The notes beneath the pieces are model-generated. The model saw only the letters and a program-made list of their open reading frames with translations. It was not told where the DNA came from and searched no databases. From an uncultured Gemmatimonadaceae bacterium (GTDB lineage Bacteria > Gemmatimonadota > Gemmatimonadetes > Gemmatimonadales > Gemmatimonadaceae): a stretch of 64,000 nucleotides of DNA. Shown in pieces: positions 47,145-55,829 of the stretch. The DNA is taken from contig CAVUDW010000003.1 in assembly GCA_963740355.1 (NCBI GenBank), forward strand, positions 320,001 through 384,000. Reading direction: 5' to 3'. The stretch's first letter is position 1. The number at the start of each line of letters is the position of its first letter. Made by a program: the position numbers and the translations under genes.

Positions 47145-47963
47145 TCACTTCACCGCGAACGTGAGCGAGCCCCACTTCGACGCGTGATTCGCTTCTGGAT
47201 CGTTCGCGATCCGCGTCATCGAGATGAACTTGATGAAGTACGTCCCTGTGCGATCGAGCGGAATGCGAATCAGGCCCGCGGCGTCGGAGCGGATGTTGCG
47301 CTGCGCCACGCGGCCGTTCGACGACGACAAGCCGCCATACTGCACGAACTGATTCGCAACCGGCTTGCCATCCACCAGCACACGCACCGACAGCGTCGCG
47401 CCGACCTTCAGGGCGTAGGGATTTTCCACCGGCACCAACTCGGCCGGATAGCCCAGGACGGTGTTGAAGGCAGCGCTTGGCGTTGCACCGACCTGCACCA
47501 GCGCCTTCACGTGCTTCTGGTAGCGTTCCTTCGACCGTTCCTCGAGGCGATTCTGCGCGCGCCGTGCGGCGAGTTCGTCCGGAATGCCATCCGAGCGCAG
47601 GTAGGCATTGAAATCCTTGCCGCTCATCTCGAGCACGCGCGGCTTGGTCGACACCCCGACGACATACGTGCCAGCCGCGCCAGTGCGCAGCGGGAACACG
47701 CTCGTGTCGCCCGCTGCATTCCACTGTGCCACATCGACCTTGGCACGGCCCGCTGGTGACACCACTGCAATGTCAGCGAGGCGATCAGGCGTGATCGAGT
47801 TCTCGGAGAGAATGAAGGTGCCGTTGAACAGCTTCACGTTCACTGTCGTGTTCGGGGCCACGAAGAACTGTTCGAGGCGCAGGAACATGTCGTGCGCGAA
47901 GAGCGGCGTGGCCACGAAGGTGAGGGCCACGAGGATCGACGCGCGTCGGGAGGAGGGTCGCAT
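47145..47963 (-). CDS. DUF4198 family periplasmic metal-binding protein
   Basis: Signal peptide exposing an N-terminal His (FA-HDMFL), FNAYLRSDG, ELVPVENPY, SDAAG. Confidence 0.88.
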   Translation of the reverse strand: MRPSSRRASILVALTFVATPLFAHDMFLRLEQFFVAPNTTVNVKLFNGTFILSENSITPDRLADIAVVSPAGRAKVDVAQWNAAGDTSVFPLRTGAAGTYVVGVSTKPRVLEMSGKDFNAYLRSDGIPDELAARRAQNRLEERSKERYQKHVKALVQVGATPSAAFNTVLGYPAELVPVENPYALKVGATLSVRVLVDGKPVANQFVQYGGLSSSNGRVAQRNIRSDAAGLIRIPLDRTGTYFIKFISMTRIANDPEANHASKWGSLTFAVK

Positions 47964-48161
47964 GTGACAAGTCGGGTGGGGAGAATCGGCGACAGAGGCA
48001 TCACGAACTGGCACGACGTCGACGGCGCGAGCCATCGGGTCGCCTACAACAGACTCTTCCGTATCGGGTGCGCCGATCCGCGCCACTCGGTCGCGGTCGT
48101 CGCCCTCACGGCCTGCAATCAATTGTACCTTTCGCGCCGACGATACCACCTGAGGCTGCCA

Positions 48162-48776
48162 ATGAACCGGAAGTTGCACTGGGAGACGGTGTACGAAACC
48201 AAGGCATCGTCAGACGTCAGCTGGTTTCAGGCAGTCCCGACGCGCTCCCTCGAGCTGATTGCCGCAACCGGGACCACACCGAGCACTGCGATCATCGACA
48301 TCGGTGGCGGCGACTCTTCCCTGGTCGACGCCTTGCTGCAGCTTGGCCACCAACGGGTGACGGTCCTCGATCTCTCCCTTGCGGCGCTCGAGCGTGCACA
48401 GCTGCGACTCGGTGCTCGGGCGGCAGACGTGACCTGGATCGAGGCCGACATCACTCAGGCCGAGCTCCCCGCCGCATTCTACGACGTCTGGCATGACCGC
48501 GCGGTGTTTCACTTTCTGACGGCAGCGGAGGACCGGCAGCGCTACGTCCAGACGGCCGCCGAGGCGATTCGCCCGGGCGGCACGATGATCATCGGGACCT
48601 TCGCGCTGGATGGACCGCTGCGCTGCAGTGGCCTCGAGGTGGCCCGGTACGACCCTGAGACGCTCGCGGCCGAGTTTGCGCCCGCCTTCGATCTCGCCCG
48701 TGGGTTTGCCGATGTGCACACGACACCGTGGGGCGCGGAGCAGCGGTTCACGTTTGTGGTGCTGGTGCGCCGATAG
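48162..48776 (+). CDS. Class I SAM-dependent methyltransferase
   Basis: HWETVY...VSWFQ, IIDIGGG, WHDRAVFHFL, GPLRCSGL. Confidence 0.92.
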   Translation: MNRKLHWETVYETKASSDVSWFQAVPTRSLELIAATGTTPSTAIIDIGGGDSSLVDALLQLGHQRVTVLDLSLAALERAQLRLGARAADVTWIEADITQAELPAAFYDVWHDRAVFHFLTAAEDRQRYVQTAAEAIRPGGTMIIGTFALDGPLRCSGLEVARYDPETLAAEFAPAFDLARGFADVHTTPWGAEQRFTFVVLVRR

Positions 48777-48811
48777 CGCCGCCGCCGCCCATGTCGTCGG
48801 CGCGACATCCG

Positions 48812-49006
48812 GAAATCCGGTGACAGTGCACGATTTCGAAATCCGGTGACAGTGCACGGTTTAACCGGACAAAAACCGGTGACAGTGCACAGTTTCGAAA
48901 TCCGGTGACAGTGCACGGTTTCGAAATCCGGTGACAGTGCACGGTTTCCCCGTTTTCGAATTGTGTGCACTGTCACCGGTTTGGGCGTCACCGGTTTGGG
49001 CACCGG
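48812..49006. repeat. Tandem array of the RAYT-associated repeat
   Basis: Core CCGGTGACAGTGCAC on + at 48817, 48843, 48876, 48902 and 48928 (26-bp unit). Inverted copy at 48965-48979, then truncated GTCACCGG and CACCGG remnants. Confidence 0.95.
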
Positions 49007-49027
49007 CGCCCATGCAGCTCCTTGCGG

Positions 49028-49585
49028 CTACACACGAAGCACTGCCGCCGCCCACTCCGTCGGTTCGACATCGGCCGCCAGCACCCGGTCGACGGCAACG
49101 ATCACGCGGTCCTGCTGCAGGCGAAGTGCAAAACGATCGAGGTCGGGGGTGCGCCGACCGCTCGCGCGACGCCCATCCGTCATGAAGCGCACCTTGTGCT
49201 TGGGACAGTAGAAGCGATTCTCGGCTGGCGTCCACTCCAGCAGCCGCCCCTTGTGGGGGCACTCGAGCGAAAAGGCGAACAGCTGGCGGCTGGTCCGAAC
49301 CAGGCAGACGCGGTTCTCGACGTCCACCCAGACGCCGTCGACTGCCGGCAAGGCGTACGACCGCTCGATCTTGTCGACGGCAAGGGCAGTCACCTCTCCA
49401 ACGCCCGACGCGAATGCGCGCGTCGAGATCAGGCCGCCGGCAAGCAGCGCGGCCCCGATCGCTGTCGCTGCATCCCGCACGAAGCGGCGACGGTCAACAA
49501 CGGCCGGGCAGCCGGCATGGCTGGTATCGCTGGCATCGCTGGGCAATGCCGTCAGCGATCGCATGGTGTGCAGAGACTCCGACAT
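49028..49585 (-). CDS. Tat-exported Rieske 2Fe-2S protein
   Basis: DRRRFV signal, CPHKG and CPKH ligand motifs. Confidence 0.85.
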   Translation of the reverse strand: MSESLHTMRSLTALPSDASDTSHAGCPAVVDRRRFVRDAATAIGAALLAGGLISTRAFASGVGEVTALAVDKIERSYALPAVDGVWVDVENRVCLVRTSRQLFAFSLECPHKGRLLEWTPAENRFYCPKHKVRFMTDGRRASGRRTPDLDRFALRLQQDRVIVAVDRVLAADVEPTEWAAAVLRV

Positions 49586-49729
49586 GACGAATGCTCCTGA
49601 TGAATGTTGGGAGGTGCTGGCCGTACTCAGGCTCACATTCGGCTCCCCACACCCACGCCACCATCCGACATTCGTCGCGACTCAGTCGATCAGAACACTT
49701 GTGAGTCCTGACCGGCGGGCCGATCTCCC

Positions 49730-50281
49730 CTATTCGTCGACGCTTTGAGCGGGAGGCAGCATCAAACCTCCAAGAAAAAAGGCGGCCAGCTCGGCCCTCC
49801 CCTGCTGTCCGGACTTGCCGTAGACCGTCACCGCGTGCTGTCGGACGGTGCTCTCGCTTCGATTCGTCTGCGCGGCGATCTGCTTGTGACCGTGGCCCTT
49901 GAGCAGCAGAAGCGCGACTTCTCGCTCGCTGGGCGTCAGCCCCCAGTCGTCGAACTGTTCGTCGATCGCGCTGGCGAGGCCCGCGAGCGCCCGTTCGGCC
50001 CGACGTTGCCATGCCATCTGATCGGCCTGGGCCGCGGATAGCGAGCGTTTCGTTGCCTGAAGCGCCTCGGCTGTCGTTCGCCAGGCGCGCCAGAGCAGGA
50101 AGCCGACGCTGGCGCTGACCAGCATGATCCCCACCTCGACCAGCACATGGGCCGAGAGCCATTGGTCCGGCGCATCCAGATAGAGGTCGAACGCACCGGC
50201 CGCGACGACAGCCGCCAGGACGGCGAGCACCGCACGCCGCAACCACAGGTCGTCCTCGAACTCTTCACGCGGGAGTGTCAT
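49730..50281 (-). CDS. Membrane-anchored LuxR-type HTH regulator
   Basis: Two TM helices, a coiled coil, then WGLTPSEREVALLLLKG...IA...SESTVRQH. Confidence 0.88.
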   Translation of the reverse strand: MTLPREEFEDDLWLRRAVLAVLAAVVAAGAFDLYLDAPDQWLSAHVLVEVGIMLVSASVGFLLWRAWRTTAEALQATKRSLSAAQADQMAWQRRAERALAGLASAIDEQFDDWGLTPSEREVALLLLKGHGHKQIAAQTNRSESTVRQHAVTVYGKSGQQGRAELAAFFLGGLMLPPAQSVDE

Positions 50282-50461
50282 GAGGGTGAAACGTGCACGC
50301 TTCCGACCGCTGCGGTACCCCAGCACCAGGCGCTGGGGCTTCACATACGTGCAGAAAGCGGCAACCACGACAGATGTCGGATAGGCGGTAAGCCCCGCGG
50401 ATGCGAAGGTGTGGGTGTGCTTCGGGAGCGTCCCGAGAGCACTTCACCCCTGGAGGCATTC

Positions 50462-51022
50462 ATGAACGGCTCATTTGCGGCACTACTGCCCACGCCGCTG
50501 CACCCTGCCATCGTGCATCTCCCGATGGCCCTCGCAGTCCTCGTCCCGATCTTCGCCGTGGCCGCACTGGTGGCGGTTCGGAGGGGGGCGCGACCGATTC
50601 GTGCGTGGAGCATTACCGTGGCGATGTTTGCGGCGCTCACGCTGAGCAGTTGGGTCTCCGTGGAAACCGGCGAAGATCAGGAAGACCGGGTCGAGTCGAC
50701 GGTTCCGCGCGCCGCATTCCATGCGCATGAGGACGCTGCCTCACTCTTCCTCTGGATGTCGGCTGGCGTGCTAGGCATCGCCGGCATCGGGTTGTTGGCA
50801 TCACGGGCTGGATCGACGGCGAGGTGGGTGGCGACTGCTGGATCAGCCGCACTGCTCGTGGCAGGGTACCGCGTTGGGCATACGGGCGGCGCGATGGTTT
50901 ACACCTACGGTGCGGCGAGCGCCTACACTGACAGCGCGGCGGTGGCGGCTGGCAACGCCGCCACGACGTCTTCTGGACGTGCGCGTGCGAGTGGCGACGC
51001 CGACGACGACGACAATCGGTAG
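50462..51022 (+). CDS. DUF2231-like His-rich membrane protein
   Basis: LHPAIVHLP, HAHE, GHTGGAMVY.YG. Confidence 0.78.
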   Translation: MNGSFAALLPTPLHPAIVHLPMALAVLVPIFAVAALVAVRRGARPIRAWSITVAMFAALTLSSWVSVETGEDQEDRVESTVPRAAFHAHEDAASLFLWMSAGVLGIAGIGLLASRAGSTARWVATAGSAALLVAGYRVGHTGGAMVYTYGAASAYTDSAAVAAGNAATTSSGRARASGDADDDDNR

Positions 51023-51200
51023 CGAGCGGCTCGAGCGGCTCGAGCGAGGTACCGTCACGCGCTCATGAAATATCGTGGATGTTTCAACTGTCGAGGTGCC
51101 GCGAGCACGCAACATGCACTGACGATTCATCGCTGCCCTGTCGCTGCGTCACCGTGTCGCGCGCTGACGGGCAGCCTGGATCACGATCAACGGAGGTTTC

Positions 51201-51716
51201 ATGCACATGACTTCATGGCGCACACTGCAGGCATCGGCACTCATCTTGGCTGTCGGCTCGCTCGCTGCCTGCGCTGGCAAGACTGCGGAGAAGGCCAGCG
51301 ACTCTGCCGCGACTGCGGCGCCGGTCACGGCTGAGCCATCGGCGGCCGCATCGAAGATGGAGTGGACGACGACGCTGGAGCCGCGAGGCGGTACGAATGT
51401 GCGCGGCACTGCGTCAGTCGCGGCAGGGGCGACCTCCGGCACTACGACGGCGGCGGTGTCCATCACTGGCGCGCCGAAGGGTGGGACGCACCCGTGGCAC
51501 GTGCATGTCGGGACATGCGCCGCCAGCGGGGCAATCGTCGGAGCGGCTGACGCCTACACACCGCTGAAGGCTGACGACAATGGCGCGGCCAATTCCAGTG
51601 CTACGCTCAATGTCGCGACGCCGACCACCGGCGAGTATCACGTGAACGTGCACCTGTCACCGACCGAGATGGGTACCATCGTGTCGTGCGGCGACCTGAA
51701 GATGGCTGGGATGTAA
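51201..51716 (+). CDS. Cu/Zn-SOD-like fold lipoprotein
   Basis: Lipobox LAA-C, HPWHVHVGTC, HVNVH, SCGDL. Confidence 0.7.
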   Translation: MHMTSWRTLQASALILAVGSLAACAGKTAEKASDSAATAAPVTAEPSAAASKMEWTTTLEPRGGTNVRGTASVAAGATSGTTTAAVSITGAPKGGTHPWHVHVGTCAASGAIVGAADAYTPLKADDNGAANSSATLNVATPTTGEYHVNVHLSPTEMGTIVSCGDLKMAGM

Positions 51717-51741
51717 GCACCGGCTACGAGGCTGAACGTGC

Positions 51742-51782
51742 GGGGTCGGTGCCTTATGTTTGGGGCACCGGCCCCTTTGTTT
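51742..51782 (+). terminator. Intrinsic terminator
   Basis: GGGGTCGGTGCC/GGCACCGGCCCC stem followed by TTTGTTT. Confidence 0.8.
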
Positions 51783-51929
51783 GACCCGCGCCAACGAGGG
51801 GTGGCTCTTCCAGGAACGCTCGCCCGCACCGTCGGGCGGTTGTCCCTGGCCCACATCGCATCCCTGCGCGCCGACATGGCACCTCAGGTCACGCCTTTCA
51901 TCACAACGACGGCTGTGCGTGACGACGGC

Positions 51930-52667
51930 ATGTCGCTGCGCACCAGCTACGATGAATTTCGCGCGCGCGAGATCGATTTTTACAAGGAAATCATTCCGCA
52001 TCAGCAACTGATGCGCCTCGCCGACAGCGCGCTCCAGAGCATGGAGGCGCGGGGCGAGCTCATGCTCGGCGATGTGATGCTGAAATACGAAGTCGACGAC
52101 ATCGTCGCCGCTCGCCTTCGCCTGCCCTCCTTCCGCGCCTGGACACGCCGTCAGTCAGGCGGGGGCGGTGTGCTCCGCCCCTGGTCAGACCGCGCCGACC
52201 AACTGGCTCTCGAACTACCCACTGTTGCATCGAGTGCGGTCGTCCTGCTGCTGCAGCCACGCTCCGCAGATCTCTGGCAGGCCCTGAGCGGACATCGGCA
52301 TCATACGCTGGTCGTGGAACCAGACGACGAGCGTCGAGCGCGGCTGCTGGATGACGCCCACCGCGTCGACGGCGGTGAATACGTGACGGCCCTCCCCGCC
52401 TACGACGCGATCGATCCCGAGACGCTGTTTTCCTCGGTCTGCTATTCGCCGGCCGCCTGCGCCGATCTTGCAGACTGGGAAGCCGAGGAGCTGATCGAGT
52501 CGCTCAAGCAGCGGACGGTGCGGGGTGGCTGGCATGTGGTGGATGGCCTTTTGCGCGACCGCGCCTCGGTCCCACGCTCGATGCTCAAGCGGAGTTATGC
52601 CACCTGGGTGAAGCAAAAGCGGCGCGGCGCCGGCGACAGCACCTTCGTCGCAGCGCACTCAGGCTGA
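51930..52667 (+). CDS. Hypothetical protein, possible degenerate methyltransferase-like C-terminal domain
   Basis: Open frame. N-terminal helical domain ending RLRLPSFRAW, C-terminal LKQRTVRGGWHVV. Start could be 51876. Confidence 0.65.
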   Translation: MSLRTSYDEFRAREIDFYKEIIPHQQLMRLADSALQSMEARGELMLGDVMLKYEVDDIVAARLRLPSFRAWTRRQSGGGGVLRPWSDRADQLALELPTVASSAVVLLLQPRSADLWQALSGHRHHTLVVEPDDERRARLLDDAHRVDGGEYVTALPAYDAIDPETLFSSVCYSPAACADLADWEAEELIESLKQRTVRGGWHVVDGLLRDRASVPRSMLKRSYATWVKQKRRGAGDSTFVAAHSG

Positions 52668-52712
52668 TCGGAACACACCGCCATGCGCTACCACCGGCGG
52701 GACGCCATCAAT

Positions 52713-52755
52713 CCGGTGACAGTGCACTCATTTCCGAAATCCGGTGACAGTGCAC
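52713..52755 (+). repeat. Two direct copies of the RAYT-associated repeat
   Basis: Core at 52713-52727 and 52741-52755. Confidence 0.95.
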
Positions 52756-52783
52756 TCAATGCAAAGCTGCTGCGCCGAGACGT

Positions 52784-53218
52784 CTATGTGCTGGCTGGTT
52801 CAGCGCGGATCAGCGTCCCGCGCAGCTCCGTACCCGGCGAGACAGTGTTGAAGACCGTGCCGTACTTCTGAACGTTTGCGTGCAGCAGGGCCAGCCGCTG
52901 CTCTGATTCGTCGGTGTCGACACGCAGCTCATAAGTGATCGACTCGAGGCGAGGCGGAACGTCCTGACGTACCGCAGTGATTGTGACCGAGACGCCTCGC
53001 AGCGCAAAGTGCAGCATCGGCGCGATGCGCTCGATACCCTTTAGCATGCACGCCGCCAGCGCAGCGAGCAGCAACTCGGCGGGATTGAACGCATCCATCC
53101 GGCCAGCGAGGTCGGTGTCGAGTGTCAGCGTCGCATTCTTGCAGGATGCCGTGCTGCCGTGAGCATCGTCACGATGCGCGGAGACGCGGTACTCCAGTGG
53201 CGGCTTTGCATCTGTCAT
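52784..53218 (-). CDS. OsmC family protein
   Basis: FNPAELLLAALAAC, KYGTVFNTV. Confidence 0.88.
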   Translation of the reverse strand: MTDAKPPLEYRVSAHRDDAHGSTASCKNATLTLDTDLAGRMDAFNPAELLLAALAACMLKGIERIAPMLHFALRGVSVTITAVRQDVPPRLESITYELRVDTDESEQRLALLHANVQKYGTVFNTVSPGTELRGTLIRAEPAST

Positions 53219-53286
53219 GCGCGAGTTCCTCCCGAGGCGGTGGACGTGATCGAAAGATAGCCTCTGAGCACCGTCCCCGACCCAAT

Positions 53287-53301
53287 CCGGTGACAGTGCA
53301 C
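53287..53301 (+). repeat. Single RAYT-associated repeat
   Basis: Exact core CCGGTGACAGTGCAC. Confidence 0.93.
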
Positions 53302-53405
53302 ACAATGGCTATCCACCGCGCCGCGGAGTGGATTCAGGCGTACCCGGCCGGCTGGCCGCTCCCCGCCACTCTGCACCCGAATTCACGCGCGCTCCGTCAG
53401 CCGAA

Positions 53406-53906
53406 TCAGTCGACAGCCACCCCGTGGATGCCGACATGGGCAACGACACCCTTGAGCGTCGCGAGCAGCTGCGCTCGAGCCTCCGCATCGAGGTGCCCGA
53501 ATGCCTGGTCATCGTTGTCGTCGGCGAGCGCGGCGAGTATCGGTACGAGACGTCTGCCCGAGGCCCGCAGCACGATCAGCTGCGCGCGACCGTCCTCCGG
53601 ATCACTGCGGACCGACACCAGTTCCTTGGCGAACAGGCGATCGATGAGCTTCGATATCGCGCCGCGCGTCAGCCCAAGCCTTGCCGCCAGCTCACTCGGC
53701 TTGATGCCATCGCCGTCGAACAAGGCGCGCAACACGACCCACTCCGCGACCGTCACGCCCTGCTGCTCGACCTTCGTCTTGAAGGCGTGCGAGGCATGGT
53801 TCGAGACGACCCTCAGCCAGTAGCCGAGATGTGATTCGAGCGCGCTGACCCCATTTCGGTCCGGCGTCCGCTGGATGGGGCCGGCCTCGCGAACCGCCGC
53901 GAGCAC
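53406..53906 (-). CDS. MarR family regulator
   Basis: HLGYWLR, GVTVAEWVVL, PSELAARLGLTRGAISKLIDRL, DGRAQ. Start uncertain (53906 or 53933). Confidence 0.88.
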   Translation of the reverse strand: MLAAVREAGPIQRTPDRNGVSALESHLGYWLRVVSNHASHAFKTKVEQQGVTVAEWVVLRALFDGDGIKPSELAARLGLTRGAISKLIDRLFAKELVSVRSDPEDGRAQLIVLRASGRRLVPILAALADDNDDQAFGHLDAEARAQLLATLKGVVAHVGIHGVAVD

Positions 53907-53910
53907 CGAG

Positions 53911-54312
53911 CTATTGCGGGAAATGTTCGACATGTGTTTCCGCAGTCCGACCAAAGTAGACGACGCGTTTCCCAAGGAACGAGACCATGTACCCCGCACA
54001 CCCTGCCGCCCGCACCTTCGTGTTGAATCCCGCATAGGAGTAGCCGGGTGCGTTGGTTTGCGCCTCACGCACCGCCTCCTGGATCGCAGTGACGTCGAAG
54101 GTGGCGGCGATCGGTCTCGCCGGTGTCGGCATCGCCAGTTGGACGCTGTCGCCGCTCGCACTGAAGTACGTGGCGGTCCCGCGACGATAGTCCACGTCAT
54201 ACCCCTCGAAGCCGGCGCTGATTAGCGTGCCGACGATCGCAGGAAAGGTCATCGGGCCGCCGTAGGCCGCATCGAGGCACCTCTGCGCGACCGCGGTCAG
54301 ATCCTCGGGCAT
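53911..54312 (-). CDS. DUF1398 family protein
   Basis: TFPAIVGTL...GFEGYDVDY, AGCAGYMVS...RVVYFG. RBS GGAGG. Confidence 0.8.
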   Translation of the reverse strand: MPEDLTAVAQRCLDAAYGGPMTFPAIVGTLISAGFEGYDVDYRRGTATYFSASGDSVQLAMPTPARPIAATFDVTAIQEAVREAQTNAPGYSYAGFNTKVRAAGCAGYMVSFLGKRVVYFGRTAETHVEHFPQ

Positions 54313-54409
54313 CTCAGCTCGTCCTCCCCAGTGTGTGACTATTCGCGTTTCGAACCGACAACCCAAATATAGTTGCCTAGTCACTCATGTGAAGGCCTTG
54401 TCGTTGAAA

Positions 54410-55275
54410 TCCGGTGACAGTGCACTCATTGCGTAATTCGGTGACACAACCCGGTGACAGTGCACTCATTCGCCGACCGGCGCGCGAAGCGGCCTGCGCC
54501 CCGGCCTCCCGGGCCGCAAGCGACGCCTCGTCTGCGACTCCAACTGCGCCACGAACTCGGCCGACCCCGCCGGCCGACCGATCGTTTCACCGGCGCGGAT
54601 CCGTCGCAGGCGATCCTCATCGCCTGCCTCGCCCAGGTACGCCCGCATGTCGTCAATTCGCGCACGCATCAGATCGGGCTCCGTAAGGCCGTCGCCTGTG
54701 TGCGCCAGATAGGCGCGGGCGCTCGACCATCGCCACGCCAATGCCGTCCGTACGAGATTCGCGCGCACGGGATTGAGCAGGACGTACCGCAGCGCCTCGT
54801 AGAGATGCGGATCATCCATCGGTACCGACCCGTAACGCCCCTGCCAGAAGTGTCCCGTGACACCTCGGCTGCTGTTGAGGCAGCCGGCGTACGTGCGATG
54901 CACGGCGGACAGTGTGCGCCGCAACCCATCCTCGCACGCAGGCACGAGGATCAGGTGCGCGTGATTGGGCATGAGGCAATACGCGAGGCAGCGCACACGC
55001 GCCTCGGAACACGCCTCGCAGAGGAGGCGCAGGTACAGCGCGTAGTCTCCCGCTGAGAAGAACACCTGCTGCCGCCCATTGCCACGTTGCGTGACGTGAT
55101 GGGCGACACCGGGGATGACGAGGCGGGCAAGGCGAGCCATATGACGTATGGTGTGGGCACGAAACGCCGCCTTGCGGCAGCACGTGGCACCATCCTAAGA
55201 CGACTCGCCGCCCGCGACCTACCCAATTCTGTGCACTGTCACCGGTTTACACGCAATGAGTGCACTGTCACCGGA
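54410..55275. mobile_element. REPtron-like unit: Y1 transposase flanked by doubled inverted repeats
   Basis: Perfect 25-bp inverted pair TCCGGTGACAGTGCACTCATTGCGT at 54410-54434 and 55251-55275, plus inner cores at 54451-54465 and 55231-55245. Confidence 0.85.
54466..55140 (-). CDS. REP-associated tyrosine transposase (RAYT, Y1 HUH family)
   Basis: MARLAR, HHVTQRGN, AYCLMPNHAHL (HUH), WQGRY, LRYVLLNPVRA (catalytic Tyr), WRWSS. Confidence 0.93.
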   Translation of the reverse strand: MARLARLVIPGVAHHVTQRGNGRQQVFFSAGDYALYLRLLCEACSEARVRCLAYCLMPNHAHLILVPACEDGLRRTLSAVHRTYAGCLNSSRGVTGHFWQGRYGSVPMDDPHLYEALRYVLLNPVRANLVRTALAWRWSSARAYLAHTGDGLTEPDLMRARIDDMRAYLGEAGDEDRLRRIRAGETIGRPAGSAEFVAQLESQTRRRLRPGRPGRRPLRAPVGE

Positions 55276-55276
55276 A

Positions 55277-55762
55277 TTAGGGCTTCCGTGGCGCGGGGGC
55301 CGGTGCCGGCGCGCTGCCCGACGTGCGACCAGTGTTCGGCGAGGTGCCGGCGTTAGGCTTCGGCAACGGCTTGCCCGTGATCGGACGTTCGACACCCTGC
55401 ACCGTCCGTCGCTCGACTTCGAGATCGTCGAGATCATCGTCACCACCTGCGCGCGCCGTGCCGCCGCCGGTATTCGGCGAGACGCCGGCACCTGATTTCA
55501 CCGGCGGCCTGCCGGAGGTCGTCGGTGTGTTGACGCCCTGTACCGTGCGCTTCGTGCCAACATAGATGTCGTCCTCCGTCTGCGTGCCCGGGCCAGTCGT
55601 GGCGCGCGTGTTCACCGGCGGTTTGGTGGTCGGCGCATTCGGGGTGATGGTCTTGGGCGCCGTCTTGGGAGTCGGTGCCGGTGGCGCCGACTGCGCGAAG
55701 ACCGAGGCACTCGTCAGCATGACGGCGCAGACGACGGCGGACAGGCGACTGAAGCGTTGCAT
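55277..55762 (-). CDS. Secreted low-complexity protein with two internal repeats
   Basis: RBS GAGGAG, signal peptide ending VFA-Q, Pro/Thr/Gly-rich, RTVQGV...SPNTG twice. Confidence 0.75.
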   Translation of the reverse strand: MQRFSRLSAVVCAVMLTSASVFAQSAPPAPTPKTAPKTITPNAPTTKPPVNTRATTGPGTQTEDDIYVGTKRTVQGVNTPTTSGRPPVKSGAGVSPNTGGGTARAGGDDDLDDLEVERRTVQGVERPITGKPLPKPNAGTSPNTGRTSGSAPAPAPAPRKP

Positions 55763-55829
55763 TTGTCACTCCTCGAAGAATTTGGGACAGCGTTGAGACT
55801 GACAGATCGTGACGCGAGAGACTCGCGTC

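Noticed and set aside
48812..48979. CRISPR array
   Set aside because: Units are essentially abutting with no unique 25-45 nt spacers, one copy is inverted, no cas genes are in the window, and the motif flanks a RAYT gene.
48542..49600. ORFs with repeated PVTVH/HCHR/ALSP peptides
   Set aside because: These are translations of the non-coding DNA repeat and overlap real genes.
51021..51047. GAGCGGCTC tandem repeat
   Set aside because: Only about two copies, consistent with trivial slippage.
54369..54388. MarR operator upstream of DUF1398
   Set aside because: Centred on CTAG but the arms match too poorly to call with confidence.
54466..55140. IS200/IS605 element with TnpB or IscB
   Set aside because: No RuvC-type ORF is adjacent, and the motifs (QRGN, NPVRA, WSS) and inverted flanks fit RAYT-type proteins.
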